Positions 29,484-39,656 of a stretch of 64,000 nt of DNA are shown here, in pieces (position 1 is the first letter of the stretch; each line of letters opens with the position of its first letter). The stretch is taken from positions 1 through 64,000 of the forward strand of contig JBBCKI010000070.1 of the NCBI GenBank assembly GCA_037190965.1. Reading direction: 5' to 3'. Source of the stretch: Chthoniobacteraceae bacterium. Lineage in GTDB: Bacteria > Verrucomicrobiota > Verrucomicrobiia > Chthoniobacterales > Chthoniobacteraceae. The translations under genes and the position numbers were made by a program. The notes below the pieces were generated by a model. It was not told the origin of the DNA and did no database searches. It saw nothing but the letters and a program-made list of their open reading frames with translations.

Positions 29484-30176
29484 ATGTATCAGGAAGCCTC
29501 CATTACGCTCTCCCGCGAAGTCAAAGCCGTTCGCATCCCGAGCGGCGAACAGATCACCCTTCCCACCGGCAGCTCCGTGATCATCACGCAGGCACTGGGC
29601 GGCAGCTTTACGGTGCTGGTGACCCATCAGCCGGGGCTTTTCCGCATCCACGGAAACGACGCCGACGCGCTGGGCCGCGAGCCGTTGCCCGTTGAAGCAA
29701 CGGGAATCGAGAGTGCCGAAGGGCCGTTCGACATCGAGCAGGTCTGGGCGCAACTCCGGAACTGCTACGACCCGGAAATCCCCGTCAACATCGTCGATCT
29801 CGGCCTGATCTACAGCCTGGAAGCGACGGACGATGAATCCGGCGGAAAGCGGATCAGCGTGAAGATGACGCTCACCGCGCCCGGCTGCGGCATGGGGCCG
29901 ACGCTGGCCGCCGACGCGGAGCACCGGATTCTGACGGTGCCCGGCGTGGCCTCGGCCAATGTGGAACTCGTCTGGGAACCTCAGTGGGGCCCTGACCGGA
30001 TCTCCGCCGCAGGCCCTCTCTTTCCTTTTCTCCCTCTGCAACTCACCCAGCAGGTCCTTTTCAAGCGGGACACGCAGCAAGCGATGGTGACCCGAATCGG
30101 CCTTGGAATCCCATGGCCACCTCTACCACCACCCTTTCGCCCGCCGACCTCATTCGTGAATCCGCCGTGCCTTTGA
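29484..30176 (+). CDS. sufT: Fe-S cluster assembly protein SufT (DUF59) with an aberrant C-terminal extension
   Basis: ITQALGGSFT, CYDPEIPVNIVDLGLIY, MTLTAPGCGMG and LVWEPQW motifs; similarity appears to stop at ISAAG (about 30014). Confidence 0.85.
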   Translation: MYQEASITLSREVKAVRIPSGEQITLPTGSSVIITQALGGSFTVLVTHQPGLFRIHGNDADALGREPLPVEATGIESAEGPFDIEQVWAQLRNCYDPEIPVNIVDLGLIYSLEATDDESGGKRISVKMTLTAPGCGMGPTLAADAEHRILTVPGVASANVELVWEPQWGPDRISAAGPLFPFLPLQLTQQVLFKRDTQQAMVTRIGLGIPWPPLPPPFRPPTSFVNPPCL

Positions 30177-31453
30177 CCGGCACGGCGGGCAGCTTCGATC
30201 CCCTTCTGGAGTGGATCGGAGACGCCTCCGTGGTTCTTCTGGGGGAAGCCTCCCACGGCACGCACGACTTCTACAAAGCGCGCGCCGAAATCACCAAACG
30301 CCTGATCTCCGAGCGCGGCTTTACCGCCGTGGCCGTGGAGGCTGACTGGCCCGACGCCTACCGGGTCAACCGCTTCGTGCGGGGCGACAGCGACGACGAC
30401 GAGGCCGTGGACGCCCTCGCGAGTTTCCAGCGATTCCCGGCATGGATGTGGCGCAACGCGGATGTCCTCGACTTCGTCGGCTGGCTGCGGACGCACAATG
30501 AGCCGCGCGCCTATGCCGCTCAGGCCGGCTTCTACGGGCTCGATCTCTACAGCCTCCAGGCTTCCGTGGAATCGGTGCTGGCCTATCTCGACCGGGTGGA
30601 CCCGGAGGCGGCGCGCCGGGCGCGGGAGCGGTACGCCTGTTTCGAGCATTTCGGCGCACCGGCCACCTATGGCATGACAGCGGGCTTTGGCCTTTCGGAG
30701 TCGTGCGAAACGGAGGTGGTCAACCAGTTGGTGGAACTCCGGCGCAATGCCTCGGAGTACGTCTCCCGGCAGGGCATCCGGGGCGAGGACGATTACTTTT
30801 TTGCCGTGGAAAATGCGCGGCTCATCCGGAATGCCGAGCAATACTACCGGAGCATGTTCCGGGACCGCACCTCCTCATGGAATCTCCGCGACAAGCATAT
30901 GGCGGAGACGCTCGAGGTGCTCTTCGAACACCTGCGTCAGCGGCAAAAGCCGAAAATCGTCGTCTGGGCGCACAACTCCCACCTCGGCGACGCCCGCGCC
31001 ACGGAGATGGGGGAACTCGGCGAACTGAACGTGGGCCAGTTGATGCGGGAACGCCACGCGGCGGACGTGGTGCTCATCGGTTTCACCACCTATTCGGGCA
31101 CCGTCACCGCTTCCTCCGGCTGGGATCGCCCGGCGGAACGCAAACGCGTGCAGCCCGCGCTGCCCGGCAGCGTGGAAGCGCTTTTCCACCACGTTGGAAC
31201 GCCGCGTTTCATGCTCAACCTTCAGGCCGACGACGAAACGACCGACCTCCTCAAAGAGCCGCTCCTGGAGCGGGCCATCGGCGTGGTCTACCAGCCCGAA
31301 ACCGAGCGCGAAAGCCACTACTTCCACGCCCGCGTCGCGGAGCAATTCGACGCCATCATCCACTTCGACGAAAGCCGCGCCGTGGAGCCGCTGGAGCGCA
31401 CCCCGCGCTGGCATGGGGATGAGCCCTCGGAGACGTTTCCGAGTGGGTATTAG
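30113..31453 (+). CDS. erythromycin esterase family protein
   Basis: LLGEASHGTHDFY, VEADWPD, FPAWMWRN, WNLRDKHM, VWAHNSH and ERAIGVVY motifs. Confidence 0.9.
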   Translation: MATSTTTLSPADLIRESAVPLTGTAGSFDPLLEWIGDASVVLLGEASHGTHDFYKARAEITKRLISERGFTAVAVEADWPDAYRVNRFVRGDSDDDEAVDALASFQRFPAWMWRNADVLDFVGWLRTHNEPRAYAAQAGFYGLDLYSLQASVESVLAYLDRVDPEAARRARERYACFEHFGAPATYGMTAGFGLSESCETEVVNQLVELRRNASEYVSRQGIRGEDDYFFAVENARLIRNAEQYYRSMFRDRTSSWNLRDKHMAETLEVLFEHLRQRQKPKIVVWAHNSHLGDARATEMGELGELNVGQLMRERHAADVVLIGFTTYSGTVTASSGWDRPAERKRVQPALPGSVEALFHHVGTPRFMLNLQADDETTDLLKEPLLERAIGVVYQPETERESHYFHARVAEQFDAIIHFDESRAVEPLERTPRWHGDEPSETFPSGY

Positions 31454-31614
31454 ATAAGTTGCGGGTATTAAGCGCTACGCCTGTCTCAGCAGCTTTTAAT
31501 CTGTCCCACGCGAGGGGAAACTTACACTGGGACTTACCCCTTCTGCTCTTTCGCTTCCCGCGCGATGAGCGGCCCGAGATGGACTCGTGCTGCTTTTGGT
31601 GAAGGCGGAATAGT

Positions 31615-32673
31615 CTAGCGTTCCCCGGCGAGGATGGGAACGGCGTGAGCGAGGAAGTTTCTTGCCATGATTTCAGTGGCCTCCGAGTCAGGGTGGAACT
31701 GATCTGGCATCCGTTCATGGAATTCCTGTCCGGCGATCTTCAAGCCGCTGAGAAAATGGATATTCTTGTCGCCATGCTCCCAGAGAAGGTTGACGGCTTG
31801 CTCCACGGCGGCTCGGTAGTCATTGAGCGTCATGCCATGGGGGTTGGGTGTCTCATCCCGTGGTTTGCTGTAGATTGAGGAGAGAAGAAGGATGGGGGTA
31901 TTTGGGTGTTTTTCGCGAATAATCCGGACGAACCCAATCAATGACGGTCTGAAACTTCGCTGATTGAGGGTTGATTGGCTGTAGATGTTACCCCCTGCAC
32001 AGATGGAGATATAGTCAGCGGGTTGGTCGCGCATCATCCGCGCGATGTCGATATCGAGATGGCATTGCCCTCCGTAGCCAAGGCACGTCAGGTTCCAGTT
32101 ACGTTCGCGGGCGACGATGGAAGGCCAGGTGAGCGAGGGTGAGTTCGACGAGCGGCAATGGGTGATTGAGCTTCCGTAGGTGATCCACCTGGGCCGGGTG
32201 TCTTCGTAGGGCCGGAGGGTGGCGTTGTCATCGATTTCCAGCTGTTCGAGAGCGAAGTCGCCCTGTTGCGGGAGCCAGAGTTCGATCAGTTTTTCGTGGG
32301 TGCCTAGTCTTTTGAACTCGAAGGCGGGCTGATCTTTCAGGTCCCAGGTGGCGATGAAGCATCCATCGACAAAGAGATCGAGCTTCTGGTTTTTTTCGAA
32401 CGGAACGGTGCGCCCTTTCACCTCGTCGGTGGTGCTGCAAAATGAGAGCCGAACTCCTGCCTGGGTGGCTGCCATCTGGACAAGAGCGGGGGAGAAGAGG
32501 GCACGATCCGCGAAGGGAATGCGCCAAGGGCGGCTGTAGGCGGGAGTGCGTTCCATTGAAATGGCTCCCGGCCAGGATAAACGGCGGTCGTCGTGGGGAA
32601 TAAGCATGGGCGAGTTGTTATCGATGAAGATGGCGGCGGTTTCTTCTCGGAAGAGCTGTCTTTGCGTCGGCAT
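31615..32673 (-). CDS. SGNH/GDSL hydrolase family protein
   Basis: WITYGSSITH block I, LGYGGQC, GGN and DQFHP; alternative start at ATG 32607. Confidence 0.85.
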   Translation of the reverse strand: MPTQRQLFREETAAIFIDNNSPMLIPHDDRRLSWPGAISMERTPAYSRPWRIPFADRALFSPALVQMAATQAGVRLSFCSTTDEVKGRTVPFEKNQKLDLFVDGCFIATWDLKDQPAFEFKRLGTHEKLIELWLPQQGDFALEQLEIDDNATLRPYEDTRPRWITYGSSITHCRSSNSPSLTWPSIVARERNWNLTCLGYGGQCHLDIDIARMMRDQPADYISICAGGNIYSQSTLNQRSFRPSLIGFVRIIREKHPNTPILLLSSIYSKPRDETPNPHGMTLNDYRAAVEQAVNLLWEHGDKNIHFLSGLKIAGQEFHERMPDQFHPDSEATEIMARNFLAHAVPILAGER

Positions 32674-32754
32674 CCCAGAGTTTCAGAATATGGCTATTAC
32701 GCTGCGTCTTTATAGCCGAGGGCGCCCTTTCGCTGACCCCATTCACCCAGAGAT

Positions 32755-33441
32755 CTATGATGCAATGCGCCGTCGCCGTGACATCCAAAAAGCCCCTGCG
32801 GCCCCAAGGGAAAGAAGCCCTAAGCAGCTAGGTTCCGGCACTACGGCTAACTCAACCGCTGTGAACTCGATCCAGTCGGTCTCGTCTTCCGAAATCCGTG
32901 TTTGCAGAACAAGACCGTAAGTCGCATCAACCAAATAGGTCCCAAGGTAATTCGCGAAATAAGCCGACGGATCGATATAGGTGTTCGGAAGGTTGAAGAT
33001 CCCTTCATCGGGAAGGACAAAACTCATGCTGAGCCCCCACACGCTTTGCTCTTCAGCCTGATATCCGAGATTTACGTAGGAAAACTGTGCCGTCACGCCC
33101 CCTAACGTGTTCAAGGAAAGCGTGGTCACCAATTCGGGCCCGAGATCGGGACTGAATGTTCCAGTAAGCCCGGTGATTCCAACGTACGAAAAAAGAGGGA
33201 TTTCCAGTTCAGCCGATCCCCACACCGCCACCGATCCACTGAACGCCGAATTGCCTGTCTGTTCAAAGAGCGGATTCAGGGTCAGTGTAAAGGTCGTCTC
33301 CTGCCCCTCTACGAAACCGAGTTTGGTTTCGTTTGCCGTAGCCTTGAGGACAAGGTCAATCGCCTCTGCTCTGGAAAAGCTAAAAAGAAGAAAAGAAGCC
33401 AGCAGGCTTCTTTTGATAAGGCCGGGGGTCATTTTTATCAT
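32755..33441 (-). CDS. PEP-CTERM sorting domain protein
   Basis: Signal peptide, and a C-terminus of VPEP, hydrophobic helix and basic cluster (VVPEPSCLGLLSLGAAGAFWMSRRRR). Confidence 0.9.
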   Translation of the reverse strand: MIKMTPGLIKRSLLASFLLFSFSRAEAIDLVLKATANETKLGFVEGQETTFTLTLNPLFEQTGNSAFSGSVAVWGSAELEIPLFSYVGITGLTGTFSPDLGPELVTTLSLNTLGGVTAQFSYVNLGYQAEEQSVWGLSMSFVLPDEGIFNLPNTYIDPSAYFANYLGTYLVDATYGLVLQTRISEDETDWIEFTAVELAVVPEPSCLGLLSLGAAGAFWMSRRRRIAS

Positions 33442-33549
33442 GAGGGTTTATCATGCCTAATGATCGCCCACTAATGTCAAGCATTCCGTTATTGACGGGG
33501 TCGCGCTTTGAACCCAACCAGCCAGCCCGACTCCAACGAATCTCCCGAC

Positions 33550-34122
33550 ATGGAAGACAAGCTTCGCGGTAAACGAATTGCAATCCTTGCCACCGACGGG
33601 TTCGAGCAAGCGGAACTGGAAGGGCCGCTCAAAGGGTTGAAGGAGGCGGGGGCGGACGTGAAGATCGTCTCGTTGCAGCCCGGCAAGATTCTCGGCATGC
33701 ACCATGAGGACAAGGGCGATCTGTTTGAGGTCGATCTGCCGCTGAGCCGAGCGAAGATCGAAGACTTTGACGCCCTGGTGCTGCCGGGCGGGTTGATCAA
33801 TCCGGATTCCCTCCGCGCCAATGAGGAGGTGATCGATTTCGTGCGGGCCATTGCCCGGGCGGGAAAGCCGATCGCGGCGATTTGTCACGGGCCGTGGATC
33901 TTGATCGAGGCGGGGCTGGTGCGCGGGCGGCGGATGACCTCCTGGCCCAACATCAAGACCGACATCCGTAACGCCGGAGGCGAATGGGTGGATGAGGAGG
34001 TGGTGGTCGATAACGGGATCGTCACCAGTCGTAGCCCCGATGACATCCCCGCTTTCAACAAGAGAGCGATTGAGGAGTTTGCCGAGGGGCATCACCCAGC
34101 GATGGCGGCGGCTGCGCGGTGA
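33550..34122 (+). CDS. PfpI/DJ-1 family glutamine amidotransferase-like protease/deglycase
   Basis: AILATDGFEQAEL, LVLPGG, AAICHGPW and TSRSPDD motifs; start moved to MEDKLRG. Confidence 0.92.
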   Translation: MEDKLRGKRIAILATDGFEQAELEGPLKGLKEAGADVKIVSLQPGKILGMHHEDKGDLFEVDLPLSRAKIEDFDALVLPGGLINPDSLRANEEVIDFVRAIARAGKPIAAICHGPWILIEAGLVRGRRMTSWPNIKTDIRNAGGEWVDEEVVVDNGIVTSRSPDDIPAFNKRAIEEFAEGHHPAMAAAAR

Positions 34123-34140
34123 CGCTCAGGCCCGGCGGTT

Positions 34141-35064
34141 CTACTTCGCCAGACCGCGCAATGTCGCCATATTCTCGACGTCTTCGACGAGTTCCTTACC
34201 CTTTGGCGTTTCGAGCACTTTGGGGACCCCCGCCAGCCGGGGGTCGCGCATGAGGACCCGGAAGGCGTCGAGCCCGATCTTCCCCTTGCCGATGTGATCA
34301 TGGCGATCGACCCGCGAGCCGAGGGCGGCCTTGGAGTCGTTGCAATGGATCGCGGCGAGCCGGGAGAGGCCGATGATTTTATCGAAGGCTTCGAGCGTTT
34401 CCCGCGCTCCGGCTTCCGTCGAGAGATCATAACCGGCGGCGAAAAGGTGAGCGGTATCGACGCAGACACAGAGCCGCTCGGGGTAGGCCGAATGCTCGAT
34501 GATCCAGGCGAGTTGCTCGAAGGTATGGCCGAGCGAACTCCCCTGCCCGGCGGTGGTTTCCAGGGCGACCTTCGTTTTCACTTCGGGGATGGCCGTGAGG
34601 ACCGCGTCGAGGTTTTTGGTGATCTCCGCAAGTCCTTCGGCTTCACCCCGGCCCATGTGCGCACCGGGGTGCAGGACCAGAAAGGGGAGTTCCAGCTGAT
34701 CGGCGCGGATGAGTTCCTCGCGCAGGGCGCGCAGCGACTTTTCATGAAACTCCGGGTTGGTGGCCCCGAGGTTGATCATATAACCCGAGTGGCCGAAGAC
34801 GGACTTCAGTTCCGCCCGGCGAGGATGCTCCACAAACGCCTTACGCTCGGCCTCGGAGAGCGGGGCGGCAAACCATTGCATGTTGTTCTTCACGAAAATC
34901 TGCATGGCGGTGCAGTTCACGGAAAGCGCGCGATCGATGGCGTTGGCAGGGCCGCCCGCGATCGACATATGCGCGCCGAGCAACAGACCATCCGAGGCTT
35001 GGGGCGCGGGTGCAGACGCGGCGGGCGTTTTCTTTGCGGTGGAGGAAGCTTTGCCTGTTTTCAT
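34141..35064 (-). CDS. nfo: endonuclease IV
   Basis: LGAHMSIAGG, HSGYMINL, VLHPG, LETTAGQG, DTAH, HCNDSK, DRH and LETP motifs. Confidence 0.95.
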   Translation of the reverse strand: MKTGKASSTAKKTPAASAPAPQASDGLLLGAHMSIAGGPANAIDRALSVNCTAMQIFVKNNMQWFAAPLSEAERKAFVEHPRRAELKSVFGHSGYMINLGATNPEFHEKSLRALREELIRADQLELPFLVLHPGAHMGRGEAEGLAEITKNLDAVLTAIPEVKTKVALETTAGQGSSLGHTFEQLAWIIEHSAYPERLCVCVDTAHLFAAGYDLSTEAGARETLEAFDKIIGLSRLAAIHCNDSKAALGSRVDRHDHIGKGKIGLDAFRVLMRDPRLAGVPKVLETPKGKELVEDVENMATLRGLAK

Positions 35065-35070
35065 GGAAAC

Positions 35071-37500
35071 TTATTGCGTCGGCTTGAACATGCCCTTGGG
35101 GAGACGCCTGGGCCTCCACACCGGCTTGGAGAGCGTGGCGTCGGAAACGTATTCAAAAAGATGACTGACGGGAGCGAACAACAAGCCCGCCGGGCCTTGC
35201 GCGTTGATGCGGATGTTGAAATCGATTTTGTCGTCGAGAAAGAAGAGTTTTCCACCGCCGTACATGGCAAACCCCTTGCCATCGACCATCAGGTCGCCCG
35301 TGTGGATCATCCCGTCTTTCATGTCGAAGGTGGCAGTGGCTTTGCGGGCGGTGTTGTAGCCCGCGCCGGGGAGGATCGTGTTCAGGATACCCGAGAGCGG
35401 CCCGAACAGAGGGATGCCGAAAACGTAGCCGTCGGAAAGAGAGAGCGCCCCGGTCCCGGATAACGCCCTGACATCCTCGCCCCGCCCTGCAAACTTGTAG
35501 TTGCCGCGCAGTTTCCCCTGGGAGGATTCATAATCGAGGTAGAGCTTGGTGAGCTTGGGGAAGTCGATATCCTCCACGCGGACTTCGCCGTGATAGTCCC
35601 CCTCCTTTTTCGAGAGCGAGATATCGGCATTGCCCAGCACTTTGCCGCCGAAAATAGAGCCGTCCAACCCTTCGATCTTCAGCCGCTTGCCGACGACCCA
35701 GAGAGTCCCTTTGATCTTCGGGAAAAAGAGATCCCTGTTGATGAAATGGTAGTCGAGGTTGGTCCCGTCCACATCGATTCGCAGCCGGGTATGATCGTCA
35801 CCGTGGATCTGCACGCTGCCGTCAATGAGCAGGGAGGGGCGCGTACGGAAACGGTAGGGCGCAACGTGGCGGGGGAGATCGCCCGCTTTATCCACCCAGA
35901 CAGCGACATCCACCGGCGTCATTGTCGATTTTACCCCCTTGAGGGTGGCGATGTTTCGCTTCAGGTCGTAGATGAACGCGCCGGTCCCCTTCCCTTCCGG
36001 CCGCTCCAGGACGAAGTCGGAAAACGTGAGCTGCTCATCTTTGAGACGAATGCCGGCGACGAGAGAATTGAAGCCGACTTTGCGAAAACGAGTGGCCCCA
36101 AAGGCCACCGTTCCTTCCGCCTCCATCCCCTCGAACGAAAGTGAGGGGGCCCGCCCTTCCAGGCGAAAACGTGGAACGGCGGGGAAGTCCCATTCTCCCA
36201 GAATCTCCCCGGCGATCCTCGGCAGCAGCGGCGGAAGCACTTTGGGATTGATGCCGCTCTCCAGCGAAAACCGGAACTCGCCGGGAACCTGCATGGCGCT
36301 CAGCAGCAGATTGCCGCTGCGATGGGAGAGCCGGGCATCGCGCACGAACCATCGCCCTCCGTCCCAATCCCACGCGAACTCGGTGCTTGCGCCCTCGAAC
36401 ATCACCGAGCGCGCGGCAAACCGGCCCACCGAGAATTTCCCGGTCATTTTGCCCTTCAACGGACGATCCTCCTCCCCTCCCGGCAACGCGGCCTCGCCGC
36501 TCAGTTCGAGGAGCGGCGGGGCATAAAAGACGAACTCGTCCACCTTCTGTGTAAGCCTCAGGGAGTGCGCCAACCCTTGCAGGTCAAGCGTGGAGCGAAG
36601 CTGAAAGACCGCCTCGCCGGTCTCCAGACGGAAGGTGCCCGAAGCATCAAGCTCGCCCAGCTTGTCGGCGATGGCGCACTGGTTCAGGCTGATCCGCCCC
36701 TCGGCATAGGTCGCGGCAATTCGAGCCGAACGAACCTCGTAACCACTGTCGACGGTGAAGCGATCGGAATGGAACAGCCCTTTGACGGTCAACTGGGAAG
36801 GGTTGGCAAGGTCGCCGCTGCACTCAACTTCCAGTTCCGGCCTGCCGCCAATGATCTTCAGGTTGTTGAGCCCCCGCAGGACCTCATGCATCCGGCCCGC
36901 CGCCGCACCTCCTGAGGAATCCTTCGGCATGGCGGCCCGGACAGTGCCGGGATTCAACAAGCGTCCGGAGACGACGACCCGAAGGCCGTGAAGTTCGGCC
37001 TCCGCGTCGAAATCAAGTTTGTTCGGAGGCAGCAGGATGCGGGCGTTGAGACGGGAAACATCCAGCCGCTCGCTATTGCGGTCGGCGGGATCGAGCGGCA
37101 ACGAAAGCCGTGCGCCACGAAGATCGACCGCCTTCACGAATTGTTGCCCATGGACGAGCCCCGAATAATCGATATCGAAAGCCACCTCGCTGATGTTTGC
37201 GAGGACCCAATTCTCCCGAGGATGGTTGATGCGTACCTCCTTGGCCACCAACCCGCGCAATGGGTTGAGCGTCAACCGGCCGATATGGGCATGGATGCCC
37301 CGCTTCTCCAGCTCCCCGGTGACCAGACGACGCCACTTCCGGGTGAAGCCCCGGTCATTCACATACCAAAGCCCCCAGATGACCGTCGCCACCGATAGGC
37401 AGACTCCGGCCCAGAACAGCCGGATCAGCCACTTCCGCAGCCGGAACCAGCGTTGCTGGGGTGGAAAATTCGGATGAGATGGAACTGCCGGGGTCGTCAC
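35071..37500 (-). CDS. AsmA-like protein (N-terminal TM, long beta-rich body)
   Basis: 809-aa ORF with one N-terminal TM and repetitive amphipathic beta strands; AsmA-like C-terminal region. Confidence 0.7.
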   Translation of the reverse strand: MTTPAVPSHPNFPPQQRWFRLRKWLIRLFWAGVCLSVATVIWGLWYVNDRGFTRKWRRLVTGELEKRGIHAHIGRLTLNPLRGLVAKEVRINHPRENWVLANISEVAFDIDYSGLVHGQQFVKAVDLRGARLSLPLDPADRNSERLDVSRLNARILLPPNKLDFDAEAELHGLRVVVSGRLLNPGTVRAAMPKDSSGGAAAGRMHEVLRGLNNLKIIGGRPELEVECSGDLANPSQLTVKGLFHSDRFTVDSGYEVRSARIAATYAEGRISLNQCAIADKLGELDASGTFRLETGEAVFQLRSTLDLQGLAHSLRLTQKVDEFVFYAPPLLELSGEAALPGGEEDRPLKGKMTGKFSVGRFAARSVMFEGASTEFAWDWDGGRWFVRDARLSHRSGNLLLSAMQVPGEFRFSLESGINPKVLPPLLPRIAGEILGEWDFPAVPRFRLEGRAPSLSFEGMEAEGTVAFGATRFRKVGFNSLVAGIRLKDEQLTFSDFVLERPEGKGTGAFIYDLKRNIATLKGVKSTMTPVDVAVWVDKAGDLPRHVAPYRFRTRPSLLIDGSVQIHGDDHTRLRIDVDGTNLDYHFINRDLFFPKIKGTLWVVGKRLKIEGLDGSIFGGKVLGNADISLSKKEGDYHGEVRVEDIDFPKLTKLYLDYESSQGKLRGNYKFAGRGEDVRALSGTGALSLSDGYVFGIPLFGPLSGILNTILPGAGYNTARKATATFDMKDGMIHTGDLMVDGKGFAMYGGGKLFFLDDKIDFNIRINAQGPAGLLFAPVSHLFEYVSDATLSKPVWRPRRLPKGMFKPTQ

Positions 37501-37575
37501 GCCGATTGATTTTATCGTGAGGGCCGGGGAGATTCCAGCCCTGAGCCCGATTTGCGTTCAAATCGGCCCGCCCAA

Positions 37576-38355
37576 TTAAACATCCAACAGCGCCGCCACC
37601 TGCCCCGGGACGTCGCCGGTTCTCATCAACGACTCACCCACAAGGATCGCGTTGACCCCGGCGGCAAAGACGCGGCGGGCGTCAGCGTTGGTTTTGAGGC
37701 CGCTTTCGCTGACGAGCAGGATTCCCTCCTCGGGCACTTCCTCGCTGATCTCCTCGGTCGCGGCGAGATCCACCTGGAAGGTGGCGAGATTCCGGTTGTT
37801 GATGCCGATCAACCGCGCGCCGCACTCCAGGGCTCGTTCGAGTTCCTCCCGGGTGTGAACCTCCACCAGCACATCGAGCCCGAGGGTGGTGGCGCTTTCA
37901 TGAAGCCGCTCCAGCTCAGGCTGCTCCAGCGCGGCGACAATGAGAAGAATGGCGTCGGCCCCGGCTACTGCGGCTTCGAAAATCTGGACTTCATGAAGGA
38001 TGAAATCCTTGCGGATCACCGGCAACCGGACGGCATTGCGGACTTTGGTGAGATCCCCCAAATGCCCCTGGAAGAATTTTTCGTCGGTGAGCACCGAGAT
38101 CGCATGAGCCCCGGCGTCCTGATAGGCCTGCGCGATGGCGACGGGATCGAACTCCTCGACAATCGCCCCGGCGGAAGGAGAGGCCTTCTTTACCTCGGCA
38201 ATCAACCCGAGTGCTTCCGGCCCCCGATCAATGGCCGAGGCGAAGCCGCGATAATCGTTACGCAGCAACGCCGCGGCGCGAAGGTGCTCCAGGCGCGGCA
38301 GCAGACGCGCGATCTCCACTCGTTTCTGATCGAGGATGACTTGCAAGCGATTCAT
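37576..38355 (-). CDS. trpC: indole-3-glycerol phosphate synthase
   Basis: IAEVKKASPS, SVLTDEKFFQG, RKDFI, VEVH, GINNRNL, VSESG and LVGESLM motifs; start moved to MNRLQVIL. Confidence 0.96.
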   Translation of the reverse strand: MNRLQVILDQKRVEIARLLPRLEHLRAAALLRNDYRGFASAIDRGPEALGLIAEVKKASPSAGAIVEEFDPVAIAQAYQDAGAHAISVLTDEKFFQGHLGDLTKVRNAVRLPVIRKDFILHEVQIFEAAVAGADAILLIVAALEQPELERLHESATTLGLDVLVEVHTREELERALECGARLIGINNRNLATFQVDLAATEEISEEVPEEGILLVSESGLKTNADARRVFAAGVNAILVGESLMRTGDVPGQVAALLDV

Positions 38356-38454
38356 GGCCCGCGAATAGAACACCCGCGCCCGGGAATTGCCACCAAAAGA
38401 TGGCGTCCACACCCGAGGATTTGCCTTCTTCAAAAAAAATCGATGGAAAAACGC

Positions 38455-38483
38455 TTGCAAGAAAGCCGACTTCTTCCTAGCTT
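38455..38483 (+). promoter_or_regulatory. sigma70 promoter of tRNA-Gly
   Basis: TTGCAA-17 nt-TAGCTT with upstream A tracts. Confidence 0.65.
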
Positions 38484-38537
38484 CCCCTCCTCGCCAACGC
38501 TCCGCAAGGAACGGTCGGCGAACTTCAAGGATCAGAA

Positions 38538-38612
38538 GCGGGTGTAGCTCAGTGGTAGAGCACTTCCTTGCCAAGGAAGACGTCGCGAGTTCGAGTCTCG
38601 TCACCCGCTCCA
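38538..38612 (+). tRNA. tRNA-Gly (GCC)
   Basis: Acceptor GCGGGTG/CACCCGC, D arm TAGCTCAGTGGTAGAGC, anticodon loop TTGCCAA, GTTCGA T loop, encoded CCA. Confidence 0.97.
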
Positions 38613-38624
38613 ATTTCCAAACCG

Positions 38625-38650
38625 CCAACCTCTCCAAGGTTGGTTTTTTT
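38625..38650 (+). terminator. intrinsic terminator after tRNA-Gly
   Basis: CCAACCT-CTCCA-AGGTTGG followed by T7. Confidence 0.85.
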
Positions 38651-38676
38651 GTTTCCCGATCACGGACTCCCGCAGA

Positions 38677-39423
38677 TCAGACAATACCGCCATTGGCCCG
38701 CAAGGTCTGTCCGTTGACCCAGGCTCCATCAGGGCCGACGAGGAACGAGACAACTCCGGCAATGTCCTCCGGACGCCCCAGGCGCTCGAGCGGAGGCATC
38801 TTGGCCATATGCGCAATCTGCTCGGGTGATTTCCCGTGAAAGAACAGATCGGTCGCCGTCGGCCCGGGAGCCACGGCATTTACGGTGATTTCGCGTCCAC
38901 GGAGTTCCTTGGCAAAGATGCTGGTCAGTGTTTCGACCGCCGATTTTGTGGCGGCGTAGGAGGCGTAGCCGGGCAGCGCGAGTCCGAGCACGCTCGTGGA
39001 AAAGTTGACGATGCGTCCACCCCGGCGCAAGCGCTTCGCGGCGAGACGCAAGGCGTTAAAAGTCCCTTTTACATTGATGGCGAAGAGACGATCGAAGAGC
39101 GCGTCATCGGTATCGGCAAGAGAGACGAGGGCGGGCTGCATAATCCCGGCATTGTTGATAAGGACATCAACCCCTCCCAAGATCTCCTCCGCTTTGTCAA
39201 AGAGCGCCGCGACCTCTGCTGAAGAGGAGACATCCGCCTTGACGGCGATAGCCGTTCCTCCCGCAGCTTCGATCTCCTCCACGACTTTCTCCGCATCGGC
39301 GACGCGACCCGCATAGTTGACCACGATGGCAAGACCATCATGGGCAAGTCGCTTGGCGATGGCAGCACCGATTCCTCGCGAAGAACCGGTGACAATGGCG
39401 ACTTTGGTTAGATCAGTTTTCAT
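38677..39423 (-). CDS. SDR family oxidoreductase
   Basis: TGSSRGIG, NNAG, YAATK and VNAVAPG motifs. Confidence 0.93.
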   Translation of the reverse strand: MKTDLTKVAIVTGSSRGIGAAIAKRLAHDGLAIVVNYAGRVADAEKVVEEIEAAGGTAIAVKADVSSSAEVAALFDKAEEILGGVDVLINNAGIMQPALVSLADTDDALFDRLFAINVKGTFNALRLAAKRLRRGGRIVNFSTSVLGLALPGYASYAATKSAVETLTSIFAKELRGREITVNAVAPGPTATDLFFHGKSPEQIAHMAKMPPLERLGRPEDIAGVVSFLVGPDGAWVNGQTLRANGGIV

Positions 39424-39656
39424 AGCGCTTCGATAGAAATGAGATCAACGACGGGTAAGCATCACCGATCCTTCGATATCTGGGCCCCCACCGGACTTCC
39501 CTATCGCTCATTCAGAAAGTGAATGCCCGCTGGAGGATGTTTTCCCTGATTCTTGCCTCTGCGGAGATCGCGCGGCAGCAATAGCAGGACGGGGAGGAGA
39601 GATTCCCTAAGAATGCCACTTTCCGGAATCGAAAAGGAGAAAAGAAGAAGGTGAAA

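Noticed and set aside
30113..31453. Calling the gene ereA/ereB macrolide resistance
   Set aside because: Only family-level motifs; no mobile or resistance context.
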